The position numbers were made by a program, and so were the translations under genes. Source: the human T2T-CHM13v2.0 reference genome, Homo sapiens. Taken from it: 64,000 nucleotides of DNA. This document shows positions 27,750-41,700 of this stretch, piece after piece; positions within the stretch are counted from its first letter, which is position 1, and each line of letters opens with the position of its first letter. Under the pieces are notes generated by a model. The model was given only the letters and a program-made list of their open reading frames with translations, was not told the DNA's origin and searched no databases. The stretch lies in the NCBI RefSeq assembly GCF_009914755.1, contig NC_060932.1; one strand, 5' to 3'.

Positions 27750-28198
27750 TGTGAACCCCGAAAATCTGAGACAGGTCTCAGTTAATTTAAAAGCTTATTT
27801 TGCCAAGGTTGAGGATGTGCGCCTGTGACACAGCCTCAAGAGGTCCTGACGATATGTGCCCAAGGTGGTCAGGGCACAGCTTGGTTTTATCCATTTTAGG
27901 GAGATATAAGACATCAATCAATGTATGTAAGGTGTACATTGGTTCTGTCCCAAAAGGCGGGACAACTCAAGCAGGGAGGGGGCTTCCAGGTCACGGGTAG
28001 ATGAGAGACAAACAGCTGCATTCTTCTGAGTTTCTGACTAGCCTCTCCAAAGAAGGCAATCAGATACGCATTTATCTAAGTGAGCAGAGGGATGACTTTG
28101 AATGGAGTGTGAGGCAGGTTGGCCATAAGCAGTTCCCAGCTAGACTTTTCCCTTTAGCTTGGTGGTTTGGGGGCCCCAAGATTTATTTCCCTTTCACA
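27750..28198 (-). mobile_element. Solo ERV1 LTR (MER4A-like)
   Basis: TG...CA termini; 4-bp TSD TTTC at 27746-27749 and 28199-28202. Confidence 0.82.
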
Positions 28199-30831
28199 TT
28201 TCCCAAATTCACTTTCTCCCTGGGGGTTGATTCAATTGTTTAGGCATTCACTCAACAAATGTCAAGCTCAGTAAGTGCCCCTGTCACATGCTGCAGATGT
28301 TCCTGGAGCCCCAGAGTGGGAGTCCTCCCTTAATTCCTACAGCTGAGACCCAGCTCTCAGAGAGCAAAAGGGCATGCTGCAAGGAGTAACCCAGGAGCAC
28401 GACTCTGCAGCACCCAGATCACCTCTTTGGACCCCAAAGGTCCAACATCGGAACCTCAGTGGCATCTGATCCTCAGGGTGTAGACAGGGGAGAGGGAGGA
28501 AGGGACAAAGAAGCTTTCCATGTGTCTGGGTGGCTGCTGAAACTCAGGCTCCATGGGCTTTATAGGGGAAATCCTCCCCAATTTCTGCCAGTAGGCTGGT
28601 CATCCATCACTTTTTGTTGGTCATCGGTGTTTTCGTCTTTGCTTCTGTCTTCCCTGGTACTGGGCAAAGCCATGCTGGGGGCTGCAGGCTGTATGCCATC
28701 TTAAACGAGTCAATATGTTACTTTCCATCCCCCTTACATCTGAATTCGGGGTCTTTTGACACCACTGTTCAACGTATTTGTATTTGCATCTGTTACGCCG
28801 CCTTCCTTTGGTTGCAATTCTGCCTCTATTCACTCCTCGTAAGTCTTTAACCTGAATCTTCAGCCCCCCTCTAAAATGTGCCCGTGCCACACGACTCCGT
28901 ATCTCCCGTGCAGATCCTGGACTCCAGAGCTCTCTAATGGCCTTGAGCTCTCTAATGGCCTTCCCTGTGCTTCCACCCAATGTCCTCAAACACGGCACTG
29001 ACCTCACCACGCCGCAGTGACCAGCACCAGTCATTCAGGCCAAAAACCTGGCAGCCCCCTTTCTTCACCTGGTCCAGTCTGTACACAGTCTGCCTGGTAA
29101 TCCCACCTCCTCCAGGATTTCTAATCGCCCACTTCTCCCCACACCCCCTGCCTTACCCCCACACCCCCATCTTAGTTCAGCCCCTCATCAACTGAACTGC
29201 CTGGATTATACCACATTTACTGCTGCAAACCCAGATGTTTTGAGATCTAGGGACAGTAACACCAGGAGACTAGGGTCTGAGGTTCAGCTCTGTCACTGAT
29301 TAGTCCTGTGACCTTGAACAAGCCCCCTGACCTCTTTTTTAAGCCTATCTCACACAGTGCTCAGGTAGTAGGGATTAAAACAGAGCCTACATGAGGTGCT
29401 TTATTAAGTAAACAAGGGAGGTTTTGCACGCCTATAGCCAACTTAAGAGGGGATAGAGAGTAAAAAGCACCAATATTTGTTGAGCCCCAAGTATGTACCA
29501 TACCCTGGTTGGGGCACTTCTCACACACCACCTCCCTCCATCCTCAGGGCTCCACACTGCTGCCTATCCAGAGAGCAGGGGAAGATACGGATTCGTGTCC
29601 CTAGTAGGGGGCTGTATGCAACCCGGCTGCCCAGACCCTCCAACTCGTTTCCATGTGCATTTATGTTCCTCCTGGGTCCACATTGTTCCCAGACTGTCTG
29701 TTCTCTGAACTGTTATGCAAATCCCAGCTAGTCCAGTATCCATAGAAACCAGAATCTCCCATCTTCCTCAGCTTATTCCCTGGCAGGAGAATCCCACCCA
29801 GGTGACACCCACAAACAAGGACAAACAGCACCCTAGAGAAGGGGAGCTTCCCCCTGCCCTGGGCCATCAGACTTCAGTACTTATTGTTCAGCAGGTCCTG
29901 AAGGCATTTGTCAGGTTCTCCAGGCATGGCTGGGAGGAGGAGTGAGTGGCACAGGCCAGTGTAAGCAGCTGCATTTTCGTTTTGAAATCTGGAAGGGAGA
30001 TGCTGTAATCCCAGCATCTCACATCGCTAACAATCATTTTTGTCCAACCCAAACAGCTCCACTGCTACTGGAAGTTAAGATCACCTTCACAGTGGACATG
30101 AGTCAGTATTTGTCATCATCTTTAATCTCATACATACGAGTACATATGTCATCTCTGGAACATAATGACATGATTTCATTGTGCATAGTCAATTACTAAT
30201 TTTATGAACATTTTTTAAAGATCTCACTCCTCTCCAGAATAACCTGTCTTATGCCTAAAACATTATGACTCATTAGTCTTTTTTTTTTTTTTTTGCTAGA
30301 GTCAAAACGTGAGACAAAAGTTTCTGCTCCCAATCCCAAGTTCTGGAATATTGGCCGGCAGCAGCACCCTGAGTCAGCAATCCCTACTGTGCACAAGACA
30401 TAGGCTTTTGCTAGTGACATAAATTATGAATCACAGGATGCTAGAATTGGAATGACCTGGAAAACACATGCAAATGCCCAAGTTTCCCTGTTTACAGAAA
30501 AATACTTCAATGGCTATATCCTGCAGCTATTTAATTAGCAGAGCCAGGGTAAGACAACAGTAAACTCTCAACTGTGCCAGATCCTCTTCTAAGTGTTTCA
30601 CACATTTGCTCATTTAACCTCATATCCACCCTGTGAGGTAGGAACTCTTACTATCTTCATTTTCCTCACGATGAAACTAAGGCACAGAGAGGTTAAGTAA
30701 CTCCCCCAAGGTCACACAGTGGTTCAGTCAGGGTTTAGGTCCAGGTTGTCCAATCTGGTATCCCAGCCTCTTAACCACTAGAAACCTTTGTAAGGGTTCT
30801 AATGAATTGAGATTTTAAAAATGCACATTGA

Positions 30832-31082
30832 GGCCGGGCACAGTGGCTCATGCCTGTAATCCCAGCACTTTGGGAAGCCAAGGCAGGCGGATCACCTGAG
30901 GTCAGGGATTTGAGATCAGCCTGGCGAAACCCCATCTCTACTAAAAATACAAAAAGTAGCCAAGTGTGGTGGCACATGCATCCCAGCTACTCAGGAGGCT
31001 GAGACAGGAGAATTGCTCGAACCTGGGAGGCGGGGGTTGCAGTGAGCTGAGATCACACCATTGCACTTCAGCCTGGGCGACA
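30832..31082 (+). mobile_element. AluS, tail-less, with internal deletions
   Basis: Alu consensus ending at GCCTGGGCGACA. Confidence 0.85.
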
Positions 31083-32135
31083 TGTATATTGAGGTCTCAG
31101 CTTTAAGGTTTCTGCTTGGCTTTTTCTCTTTGTTTTAAAACCTTAAGGTGAAATATTTAAACACGAACAAAAAGTAAAATCTATCCACTGAATGGACTGA
31201 ATGAAAACATCGTACAAACCTCCCCCTTGAGAGAAAAGGATTTTAGTAACATCTTTGGGGTTTTTGCCTCTTGGTTGGGTTGCTTAGGGATGAGAGCTAG
31301 AGTTGTCTGCTCTAAATTATAATGTATTGGGGTGAACAGAATATACCCATCAACAGGATATGTGCTATGCATAAAATATCTCTGGGAAGATTGAAAAAAA
31401 CTAGTAATATATATTGCCTACCAGGGGGGTTGCTGAGTGTTTGGGCAGAAAAAGGAGACAGACTGTTCTAGTACATTTTGTACCTTTGGAATTCACAGCC
31501 ATGTAAACAGATTATCTAATCAAACAACACAAATTAAAGACAGGCTCCTGCTTGTCTTGTTGTGAGTACGCTGCATGCCTGTACTTACTGCTTTGAATCC
31601 TATTTTTTTGGTTCTTACAACATAACCATTTTCTCATGCTACTGAAAGTTTTTCATGAACATGAGTTTTATGCAAACGTTCTTGTTAAAAATCTGAAGAA
31701 ATCGGAAGACTCCCAAAACAGGTAACTTCTATTTCTCAATCTCTCACTTTTCTTTGGGATTTGTCATTATTGGGAATCACAATTTATATATTCAGAATCT
31801 CCCATTTCTGAAGAATTCACCAATGTGTATTAATCCTATCCTAGGTTTAGAACACAATACTTGGCATTTTTACCGTCATTTTCCTCATCGAATCCCCACA
31901 AGTGCCTGAGGTAGATATTGTCATCTTCGTTCTGTGTAAGGGAGCAGAGGGTCAGAAGATTCAGGCAGCCCAGAAATCACAGGGCTTGCATCTGGATCCA
32001 GAATCTGGACTGTGGGCTTCATGCCACTTTCTCCTTACCAAAATGCCACCAGTTGGTCTGTGGCACTTTCAAAGGCAGCTTTCCTGCCCCACAGTGCACG
32101 TCTCTAACCATACATGCACTCAACAATCATTTATT

Positions 32136-32648
<513 letters not shown>

Positions 32649-33649
32649 TAAAGGGAGGGCGACAGGCGCTGCAGGCAGGAGGAACAATGGGACCCTGCAC
32701 CCAGGAAGGCTGGGCAGGGTCTTTGTAAACAGTGGTGACCGTGGTTGCAGGAGTCAGCTGGGGAGGGGTCTCGAATGTCACTCTGGAGGTGGGAAAACTC
32801 CCGCCACTGCCCCATCACTCACCACAAGGGTCACGAAAGACTTCCACTATTGTGATATTGAGCAATCAAATACTGTTGAGAGAAATTTCATCCCCCACAA
32901 GCAAGAGGAAGCAAAAAAGGAAATGGCCCCTGTGCACCTAATTCTGACCAACTGATACCTGGTGGCTGACGTGGACATGACTGGGAGCCTGGAGGTTACT
33001 GAGGCTCTCGTGTGCTCTGAGACTCCAGTTTCTGAGGTGCTCACACTGCTCAGACATTCAGGAGGTGGGGAGGGGCCCCACTTCTACAGATGAGAAAATA
33101 AGATCAGGCAGGCAGTGTGTGCCCCAGGAGATATCACGTAAGCGGCAGAGCCAATATGATCAGGAGAGCCAGAGCAACCAAGGTCAGGACATTCCAGTGA
33201 CAACGGGCCCCTGGTGAGGGCAGGTGGCCTATTTCAAGGGTAAACAGGAGCCTGGTCCGGCTGGAGCCATGTGTGACGGGACTGAGAAGACTCCGGGTAT
33301 AAAGGCAGAGTGCAGTGACAATGTGCCCTGAGAGCTGCCCTGGAGAAATGCACTGCAGCGGGTTGGAAATGGGGTCTCTCCAGGTGATGGGAACATGAAC
33401 GATGGTGCATGTGGAATGGATGCAAAAGTGGGAGAAACTGGAGAACGGGGGCCTTCCCAGAGAACTGCTGCTTTGAGCCTGGACACAGTAATGAGAAGGA
33501 GAGTGACGGGGTGAGTGGAAGGCAAGGGCAGGAGAGGGGCTTCAGGGAAGAATTAATGAACTCGTGGACTAGCGCTTCCTGCCAACAGAATAACTGCCCC
33601 ATCCCTGAGCCAAAACCCCGAACTTACATGGACCTAAGGGCAGTATCAA

Positions 33650-34400
33650 AAGTGAGATTTCTAGGATACATGTACAACAAAAGAAAAAATAAATAAAAAT
33701 TGGACATCATCAAAATTAAAAGCTTTAGTATTTCAAAGGACATCATCAAGGAAATGAAACAGCTCACGGAGAAAAATTTTATAATCATATACCAGTTAAA
33801 GGGACTTGTGCCAGGCTATAAAAGGACTCTTACAACTCAATAATAAAAAGACAAATAACCCAATTAAAAAATGAGCAAGTGATCTAAAGATAGCTGTCCT
33901 AAGAAGATATGCAAATGGCCAATAAGCTCATGAAAAGATGCTCAATATCATTCGCCATCAGGGAAATGCAAACCAAAATCACAATGAGATGCCACATTAC
34001 CCCTACTAGGATGGCTAAGTTAAAAGATAGATAATAAAAAGCACTGAGGGATGTGGAGTCATCAGAACCCTCATGCCCTGTTGATGGGATATAAAATTGT
34101 GTCACCACATTGGAAAACAGTTTGGGAGTCCCTCAAGGGTTAAATAGAGTTTCATATGATCCAGCAAATCTGCTCCCAGGCATATACCAAAGAGAAATGA
34201 AAACATATGTCCACACAAAAACTCATACACAAAAGTTCCTAGCAGCATTATGTATAATAGTCAAGAAGTAGAAACGATCCAAATGTCCACCAATCGATGC
34301 ATGATAAATAAAATGTAGTACTACCATTCCATACAATGGAATATTACCCGATGAAAAAATAAAGTTGAACACATGCTACAACATGGATGAACTTTGCTTA
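33650..34400 (+). mobile_element. Old L1M ORF2/3' fragment
   Basis: A-rich L1 ORF2-like sequence. Confidence 0.75.
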
Positions 34401-34569
34401 TAAGAACATTGAAAAGAAAATGCCAAAAGAAAAATGAGTTTTAGCTCAAATTTTTTTTTAAGAGGCCTAGCCTGCTCAAGATATCCTGTTAAAAAAAAAA
34501 AAAAAAAAAAACTCTTCCCATATCTAAGGTGAAAATAAAAAACATTTTTAAAAGTTTAATATAAAGAAT

Positions 34570-36372
34570 GAAATAATTTCAGGTCAAGTTTATTATACAG
34601 AAATTATATTAATGGGTGGGATAAATACTTTACAGGAGAGGGTCACACTCTCAGACACTTTGGCTCCCAAAGGGCTTGGAGCTTTTGTGAGGCTGAGCAT
34701 CTTCCAACCAGGTGCATGCACTGGTTTGCCAACATCCTCACCACGCCCAATCCAGCCCCTTCACACACTGACATCGCCTACCTGGGCCCTCCTTGTGGCC
34801 TTAAGTTTTATCTAACCAGTGTACACAACATATTTATAACCAATTAATACGTGTGAGTCATGATTTGTTTAAAATGTCAGCTTTTGTGAACTGAAGGGGA
34901 TGGGCAGAAGGCAGGATGCTGTCCTTGGTCAGGAATGTGACCCAGATTTTAACACTGCTCCTAGGAAAAAAAAATATTTCCTTTTATGATGCCACTTCCT
35001 GGGACATGATGAGCTGAAGATTAAAAACTCTTCAGAGATGTGCGAGAAAAAACAAGCCCAGGGAAAAGTCTGCAGGCATGGTGGAGGAAGAAATTAGGGA
35101 TGAAATCGCAAGTGGCAGAGCAAGCATGACCAGGCTGAAGTCAGCAGAGACAAGAGGGCAGCGAGGCCCAGCCTCCTCTTCCCTCTCCCACAGCGTTTAG
35201 GGCCACGTCCATGGCGCCACCCCTCTCCTTTCTTCCCAACTGAAAAGGGTGCCCTCTTTCCTTCTTTTCTGCAGACGCTGATGAGAATTAACCAGAGGAA
35301 CTTCCTCCACAGCAACTATAACAGGACATCCTCATCCAGTCCTCCTATCTCATTTCCTGGTGGGGAAACAGGCCTGGCAAGGAAATAGGCCGAAATCACG
35401 ATTTAAAAAATGTTGTGTTTAAGTACTCTGGAACCCTGTGTTCAGAGGAAATCGTGCAAGAATAGATCAATCAGAGCTGATCTGATGGAGACGGAGGATC
35501 CAGCCACACAGAGGCCCTGCATTAACTGTATTTCCTGTACTCTTGATGCTCTGGTATCTGGGGCCTCGCTGACCTGGACAGACTGATCCTCCCAGGCTAG
35601 CCAATCCCCCAATCCCTAGAGATGGCAAGCATCTGGCTGAAAGCATGCCTTTCCTATGGAAACCAACTAATCCGGAGCGATGGCGCCAGCTGCCTCCTTC
35701 ACATGGCTCTCCCAGGGCTGTCACACCCCAGGCCAACATTCACCTGTCCTGACTATCCCGGGGCCAGGTATCAGACAAAAAGGGCAGCCCCTATCCTGAG
35801 AGCCACTGAAATTACTCAAGCCAGCTACCCTTAAACCTGTCTCCCCTGCTTACTCTGCCTTGCCCATTTCCTCCTGAGGAAACCAGAGGAAGTCTCTTGC
35901 CCACACGTTCCCCTCCCTCCTTCCGCCTTCTGACCCACCGTGGGGCTTTCCTATGTGGCCCCTCCTCTCAGAACCGTAAGTAACAAACTCTCCTTTCCAT
36001 GGCAGTCCCCTCCTCATCCAATGGCTTTACCACACCTCGATGAGATGGTTTACAACAGGCCCATTCTAGAAGTAAACATTATTCCCAGAAATCCTGGAAT
36101 AGGGATTCAGAAAATTCACATTGTGGAGGTGCCACGACTCGGGAGAGCCTGGCCAGCGAGGTGCCACCCGAATAGCTCCTGACCATGGGCACAGAAGGGA
36201 CCAAACATGGAGAGAGGCACAGCCTGGAGTCATGGAAAAGGACCAGGCAGGACAGGAGGAAGAGCCTGGCAAGGAGGCAGGGGCGCAATAGTGCCCAAGC
36301 AGTGTGGGCATTAGGAAGAGGGCAGAAAGAAAACAGTGCTGTGGCACAAGACCGGGGCAGCCCCGGGCCAGC
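34570..36372 (-). other. TRIM35: TRIM35 3' UTR (to likely proximal poly(A) site; end approximate)
   Basis: Follows the stop codon. Minus-strand AATAAA at 34589-34594 and ATTAAA at 34555-34560. Longer isoforms are not excluded. Confidence 0.6.
35438..36057 (+). mobile_element. ERVL LTR (MER74-like) within the TRIM35 3' UTR, antisense to the mRNA
   Basis: Similarity to recalled MER74 consensus (gagccactgaaattactcaagccagc...ctcttgcccac); boundaries approximate. Confidence 0.55.
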
Positions 36373-36950
36373 TCAGCCATCCAGTTCTTCCTTGACACTG
36401 ATGTGCAAGGGGCAGATGCGCAAAGGCTCTGGAGGCCCGGCGCCCCGTGCACCCCCCAGGTAGAAGTAGGGGCGAACCTCCCCAAAGCGGGCGTGGAAGG
36501 TGTACAGGTGGCAGTGGCGCTCCGCGTCATAGAAAGACAGCTCGCCCTCCTCACACTCCAGCTCCACACGCAGGCGGCGTGGGATGGCCAGGACCAGGGG
36601 CGACGTGGCTGGGTCCGAGGTCACGCAGTGGTCCCCCTCCACGCCCTGCGTGCGGCAGACATACCAGAAGCCCGAGCGTGTGTCGTGGTAGCAGCTGTGT
36701 GAGTGGCCCTCAGCGCCCGAGTCCTGGCGCACACGTACCACGCCCACCCTCCAGCTCTGCAGCCCCCCAAGGGCCACCTCCCAGGCGTGCGAGCCCTGTG
36801 AGAAGACACGGGAGCCCAGCAGGCAGGGCGCCGAGGAGAAGCGTTCCGGGTTCTCCACCTGCACGCGGTAGCCATGGTTGGTGACGCTGGTGAGGTCGTC
36901 AGACACGGAGAGCCAGCCAGCTGCGGTGTTGGGGTCAAAGCTGAAGGGTA
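36373..36950 (-). CDS. TRIM35: TRIM35 coding exon 6 (PRY/SPRY, B30.2 domain) to TGA stop
   Basis: Acceptor CAG|TA; encodes (V)PFSFDPNTA..L.VS.D...PERF..CLLG..FSQGSHAWEV...WRVGV...LSFYD...LYTF...VRPYF...PLRICP (B30.2 motifs). Total CDS sums to 1482 nt = 493 aa plus stop. Confidence 0.97.
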
Positions 36951-37104
36951 CTGCAAGCAGAGGCGGAAATGGGGAATCAGCAAACCTGAGGTCCCTTAGG
37001 CCACACGTGGATATCTCCAGCCCCACAAACCAACCACTGTGTCACACCTGGCCCCAAGTCCATGCAAGGAGTGGCCCAGGGCTGGAGTGGTGGCAGGGGT
37101 TGGG

Positions 37105-37527
37105 CTGTATCCCCCAGAAGATATGCGGCAGTCCCAACCCCTGGTACCTCCGAGTGTGACCTTATTTGGGAATGGGGTGGTTGTACACATATTAGTTAAG
37201 ATGAAGACTGGAGGAGGGTCCCCAATCCAATATGACCTGTGTCCTTAAAATAAAGAGGAGACAGACACAGATACACAGGGGAGAATGCTGTGTGATGGCG
37301 GAGGTGAGGATCAAAGTGCTGAGGGGGAGCCAATAAGGCCAAGAATGGCCAGGAGACACCAGGAGACGGAAGAGGAAATGAAGACTCTCCTCTACAGGTT
37401 TCAGAGGGGGCCTGGTCCTTCCAACATCTGGATTTTGGATTTCTACCCTCCAGAACTGTGAGAGAGTCAACTTCTGTCATTTTCTAGTTTGTGGTCCTTC
37501 GTTATGGCAGCCACAGGAACTCATACA
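37105..37527 (+). mobile_element. MLT1-type MaLR LTR in TRIM35 intron 5
   Basis: GTGACCTTATTTGG...CCTCCAGAACTGTGAG...TATGGCAGCC motifs. Confidence 0.75.
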
Positions 37528-37984
37528 GGCAGAGACTCTTAACACTCACACGACCAAGGGATGTTAGGACAGCACGGCCCATTCCCTGAGTCAGTGATAT
37601 TCCTCCCCGTAAAACCAGGACACTGTGGCTCATGTGGGCTGCAGTCGCCTTGGGAGAGGCAAGCCCAGATGCAGGAGGTCTTTTATCATACAAAACACAG
37701 TTCTGAATAGGCAAGAAAGCCAGTTTCCCTCTCTGAAGAAGGGACCAAGTGTCAGGACCCTGAGAGAAGGCATTCTACCAGGAGGGTTGGAGGTGTTGGG
37801 CAGAGTGGAAAAGACCAGGGTACAGGAACCTGCCTGCGAGGGACTGGCAGAGGGATCAGCTGAGAGAGGAGGGGAGCTCTGAGGAGGTGGGAGGTGGGCC
37901 CGGCAGAGACCAGCCCTGGTGCCTCTTTGCTAACATGAAGGGCTTCCACCCATGCTTGGGACACCTGCCGGCACCCCCGCTCAC

Positions 37985-38103
37985 CAGATTCCACAGATGC
38001 AAGCATCTTCTTCCAGACGCGGTACTGCAGGGAGCCCAGGTACTTGCAGACATCGATAAGCATGCCGGGCTGGACTGGCTCTGGCTCCATGGTGCAGAAG
38101 AGT
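37985..38103 (-). CDS. TRIM35: TRIM35 coding exon 5 (119 nt, linker)
   Basis: Acceptor TTTTCCAG|A, donor CTG|GTGAGC; encodes (R)LFCTMEPEPVQPGMLIDVCKYLGSLQYRVWKKMLASVES. Confidence 0.95.
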
Positions 38104-38978
38104 CTGGAAAAGTACAATGGGTATGGTGGGCAGGGCCAGAGCCATGCAACCTGGGCCGAACTGGGCCAACTGGAAACCAGCAACAGGACTTGTTCCCTTC
38201 CCTCAGGCCCAAGTTTCCTGGCCACCTTCTCCAAGACAAGACTGGACTGGGCTACGATGGGAGATGGGCCAAGGCCAACAGGGCTGCCATCTCCCTTCAG
38301 CATTCAATCCGAGGGCTCACCCTGCCCCAACTAGGAGAAATACAAACAGGAGGTTCTCCAACATGGCTGCCATCCTTGCAGGCAGAAATCACACTTACAC
38401 ATCCGGCTCATGGGATGTCTGAGTTGGAAGGGACCCTAAGGATGCTCTAGTCCAACAATCCCAAGGTGTCCTCCAGCCTTTGCTTGCACACTGCCAGTGG
38501 GAAGTGAGCACAGGGAACTCACTCCCTCCAAAAGCACTCTATTCCATCTTTGCACAGCTCTGACTGGGACACAGCTCTTCCTCATTCATCCCTGTGAACC
38601 CAACAACCATCAACACAAACCACCATGGCCTAAGGCTCTCAGAGGGAGGGGGCTGATCAAGAAACAAGCCTGACATTGACTGGCCCCGAGAAATGCAAGC
38701 CACATGCAGGATAGTGTTCTCCTTCCCTGCACGGCAGGTGGGGACCCTCCACACTCAGGAGAACAACACTGCCCCAGAGCCAACTTGAACTGGATGCTGT
38801 GAGAGGGCTCTCTCCACCTGGCCATTGTCCACCTCTCCCTCTAAAACCAGGGCCAGTAGCTCATGTGTGCTGGTGCACCCAGCTGGTTGTTACCTGCTTG
38901 CCCCGGGGCCACTGGAGTTTGCACCCCTGGTATTTCTGCCCACTCTTCCCCTCCCCTCCACCAGCTTTGGCAACTTAC

Positions 38979-39001
38979 CGGCGTTTTCGGCTCTTGTGTT
39001 T
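38979..39001 (-). CDS. TRIM35: TRIM35 coding exon 4 (23-nt microexon)
   Basis: T-rich tract and CAG|AAACACAAGAGCCGAAAACGCCG|GTAAGT; encodes KHKSRKR plus a split Arg codon; required to keep frame between exons 3 and 5. Confidence 0.93.
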
Positions 39002-39069
39002 CTGAAAAAATAAAAATAAAACAATAACACAGAGACACAGATGTAGAGGAAATGTATATGTTTCTGACC

Positions 39070-41700
39070 TCAAAAGAAGTCATGCATTCCATGGATCATA
39101 AGTCTTAATATTGTCAAGATGTTAACAATAACATCCCTGCTATGATTTGAACATATTATCCAAAAGTTCATGTGTTGAACACTGAATCCCCAATGCGACA
39201 GTGTTGGGAGGAAAGGCCTAAAAAGAGGTGATTGGGTCATGAGGACAGAGCCCTCACAAATGGATTAATACCGTTATTGTGAAGTGGTTTAGTTGTCATG
39301 AGACTGGGTTGCTATAAAGCAATGAGCAACTACTCTGTCTTGCACTCATTTCCTCCTTCTGCCATGAGATGACCCACACCAAATGCCAGAGCCATCATGC
39401 TCCTGGACTTCCTGGCCTCACCCAGAACACTGAGCTGAATAAACTTGTATTGTTTTATAATTTACCCAGTCTGTGATATTCTGTCATAGCAACAGAAAAC
39501 ATAAGAAGAGACTCCTTAAGTTGATCTACTGATTCAGTGCAATCCCTTATCCTAGCTGGCTTCTTTGCAGAAACTAAAAAACTGATCCTAAAATTCACAC
39601 AAAATTTCAAGGAACCCAGAATAGCCAAAACCATCTTGAAAAAGAAGAACATTGGAAGACTCATAATCTCCAATTTCAAGACTTACTACAAATCAACAGT
39701 AATCAAGATAGTATGGTACTAATATAAAAACAGGCACTGAGATCAATGGAATAGAATTGAAAGTCCAGAAATAAACCCTCATATTTACCATCAATCAATT
39801 ATTTACAATAGTGCCAAGATGATTTAATGGAGGAATAGTCTTTCCAACAAATGGTACTGGGAAAACTGTATGTTGACATGCAAAAAAAAAAAAAAAAAAA
39901 AAGTGAAGTTGGACTAACCCTTACTATACCATATACAAAAAAAAAACTCAAAATGCATCAAAGACCTACATGAAGAGCTAAAACCGATAAAAAACTTGTA
40001 TCTAGACTATATAAAGAACTCTTACAACTCAACAATAAAAAGACAACCCACATTAAAAATGGGCAAAGGATCTGAATAGACATTTGTCCAAGGAAGATCT
40101 ACTAATGATCAAAAAGCCCATGAAAAGATGTTCCAAGTCATTAGCCATCAGGGATGTGATGACATGCAATACACAAGGAGATACCACTTCACACCTACAA
40201 GGATGGTTATAATTTTTAAAAAACAAATTTTGGCAAAAATATGGAGAAACTGGAATCCACATACACTCCTGATGGGAATATAAAATGATACAGTTGCTCT
40301 GAATAATGGCCTAGCAGTTCTTCCAATAGTTAAACCTAGAGTTACCATTTGATCCAGCAAATCTACTCCCAGACATATTTCCAAGAAAAATGAAAACATG
40401 TCCACATAAAAATTGCTACCTGAATGTTTATAGTCATATTATTCATAATAGCCAAAATAGAAACAACCCAAATGACCACTGTCTTAGTTCATTTTGTGTT
40501 GCTGTAACAAAATACCACAGACTGGGTAATTTATAAACAATAGTTTATTTCACTCGTGGTTCTGAAGCTGGAAAGTCCAAGAGCATGGCACCAGCATCTG
40601 ATGAGAGCCCTCATGCTGTGTCATCCCATGGCAGAAGGAAGAAGGGCAAGAGACTACACATAAGACCAAGAGCAAGAGAGCAAGAGGGGCCCAAACTCAC
40701 TTTTATAACAAGCCCACTCTCTCAATAACTAACCCACTCTGCCAGTAACAACATTAACCCATTCATGAGGGCTCTCATGACCCAATCACTTCTTATTAGG
40801 CTCCACCACCCAACACTGTTGCATTGGGGATTAAGTTTGTAACACATAAATTTTGGGGAACATATTTAAACCACAGCAACCACCAATTGATAAATCAATC
40901 AATAAAATATAATATAGCCATGTGCAACGTAACGATGTTTCAGTCAACAAGGAACCACATATATGACTATGGTATGGTCCCATGAGATTATATCACTGTT
41001 TTTTACTGTACTTTTTCTATGTTTAGATATACAAATACTTAACAGTGGGCTCCAGTTGCCTACAGTATTCAGTGCAGCAACGTGCTGTACAGGTTTGTAG
41101 CCTAGGAGCAAAAGGCTATTCCATATAATCTAGGTGTGCAGTAGGCTACACCATGTAGGCTTCTGTAAGCACACTCCATGACACTTGCATAATGAAGAAA
41201 CTGCCTAATAATACATTTCTCAGAACATATCCCCATCACTAAGAAGTGCATGATTATATATCTATGCCATGGAATATTATTCAGCCATAAAAAAGAATGA
41301 AGTACTGATAGATGCTACAACATGAATGATGTTTCAAAATATGCTGACTGAAAGAAGGCAGTCACAAAAGGTTACATGTTATATAATTCCATGCATTTGA
41401 AATGTCTACAACAGGTAAATCCATATAGATAGTATGTAGACTAGTGGTTGCCAGGGGCTGCTAATTCTAGTAATTACCACTCTGTTAGACTCAATTTCGG
41501 TAGCAGTTTTTATGTGGGAGGAGGAACTGGGGAGTGACAGCTAAAGCAGGGCTGCTTTTGGAGGCATGAAATGTTCTAAAATTGTCGTGATGGTTGCACA
41601 ACTCTGTATATACTAAAAATCACTGAGTGGTACATTTTAAATGGGTGAATTGTTTAGCATGTAAATTATATCTCAATAAAGTTGTTAATAAAAAATAAAA
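39070..41700 (+). mobile_element. Old L1M with nested MaLR LTRs (~39140-39500, ~40480-40878) and a Tigger3-like MITE (~40915-41255)
   Basis: L1 ORF2 remnant (ILKFTQNFKEPRIAKTILKKKN...KTYYKS...WY) interrupted by LTR and DNA-transposon consensus segments. Confidence 0.75.

Noticed and set aside
29980-31860. Scattered splice-like signals suggesting relic exons of a lost gene downstream of the orphan promoter
   Set aside because: No consistent reading frame or recognisable protein; a TBLASTX against non-primate orthologous regions would be needed.
36066-36983. Alternative-frame and antisense ORFs over the SPRY exon
   Set aside because: Shadow frames of GC-rich coding sequence.
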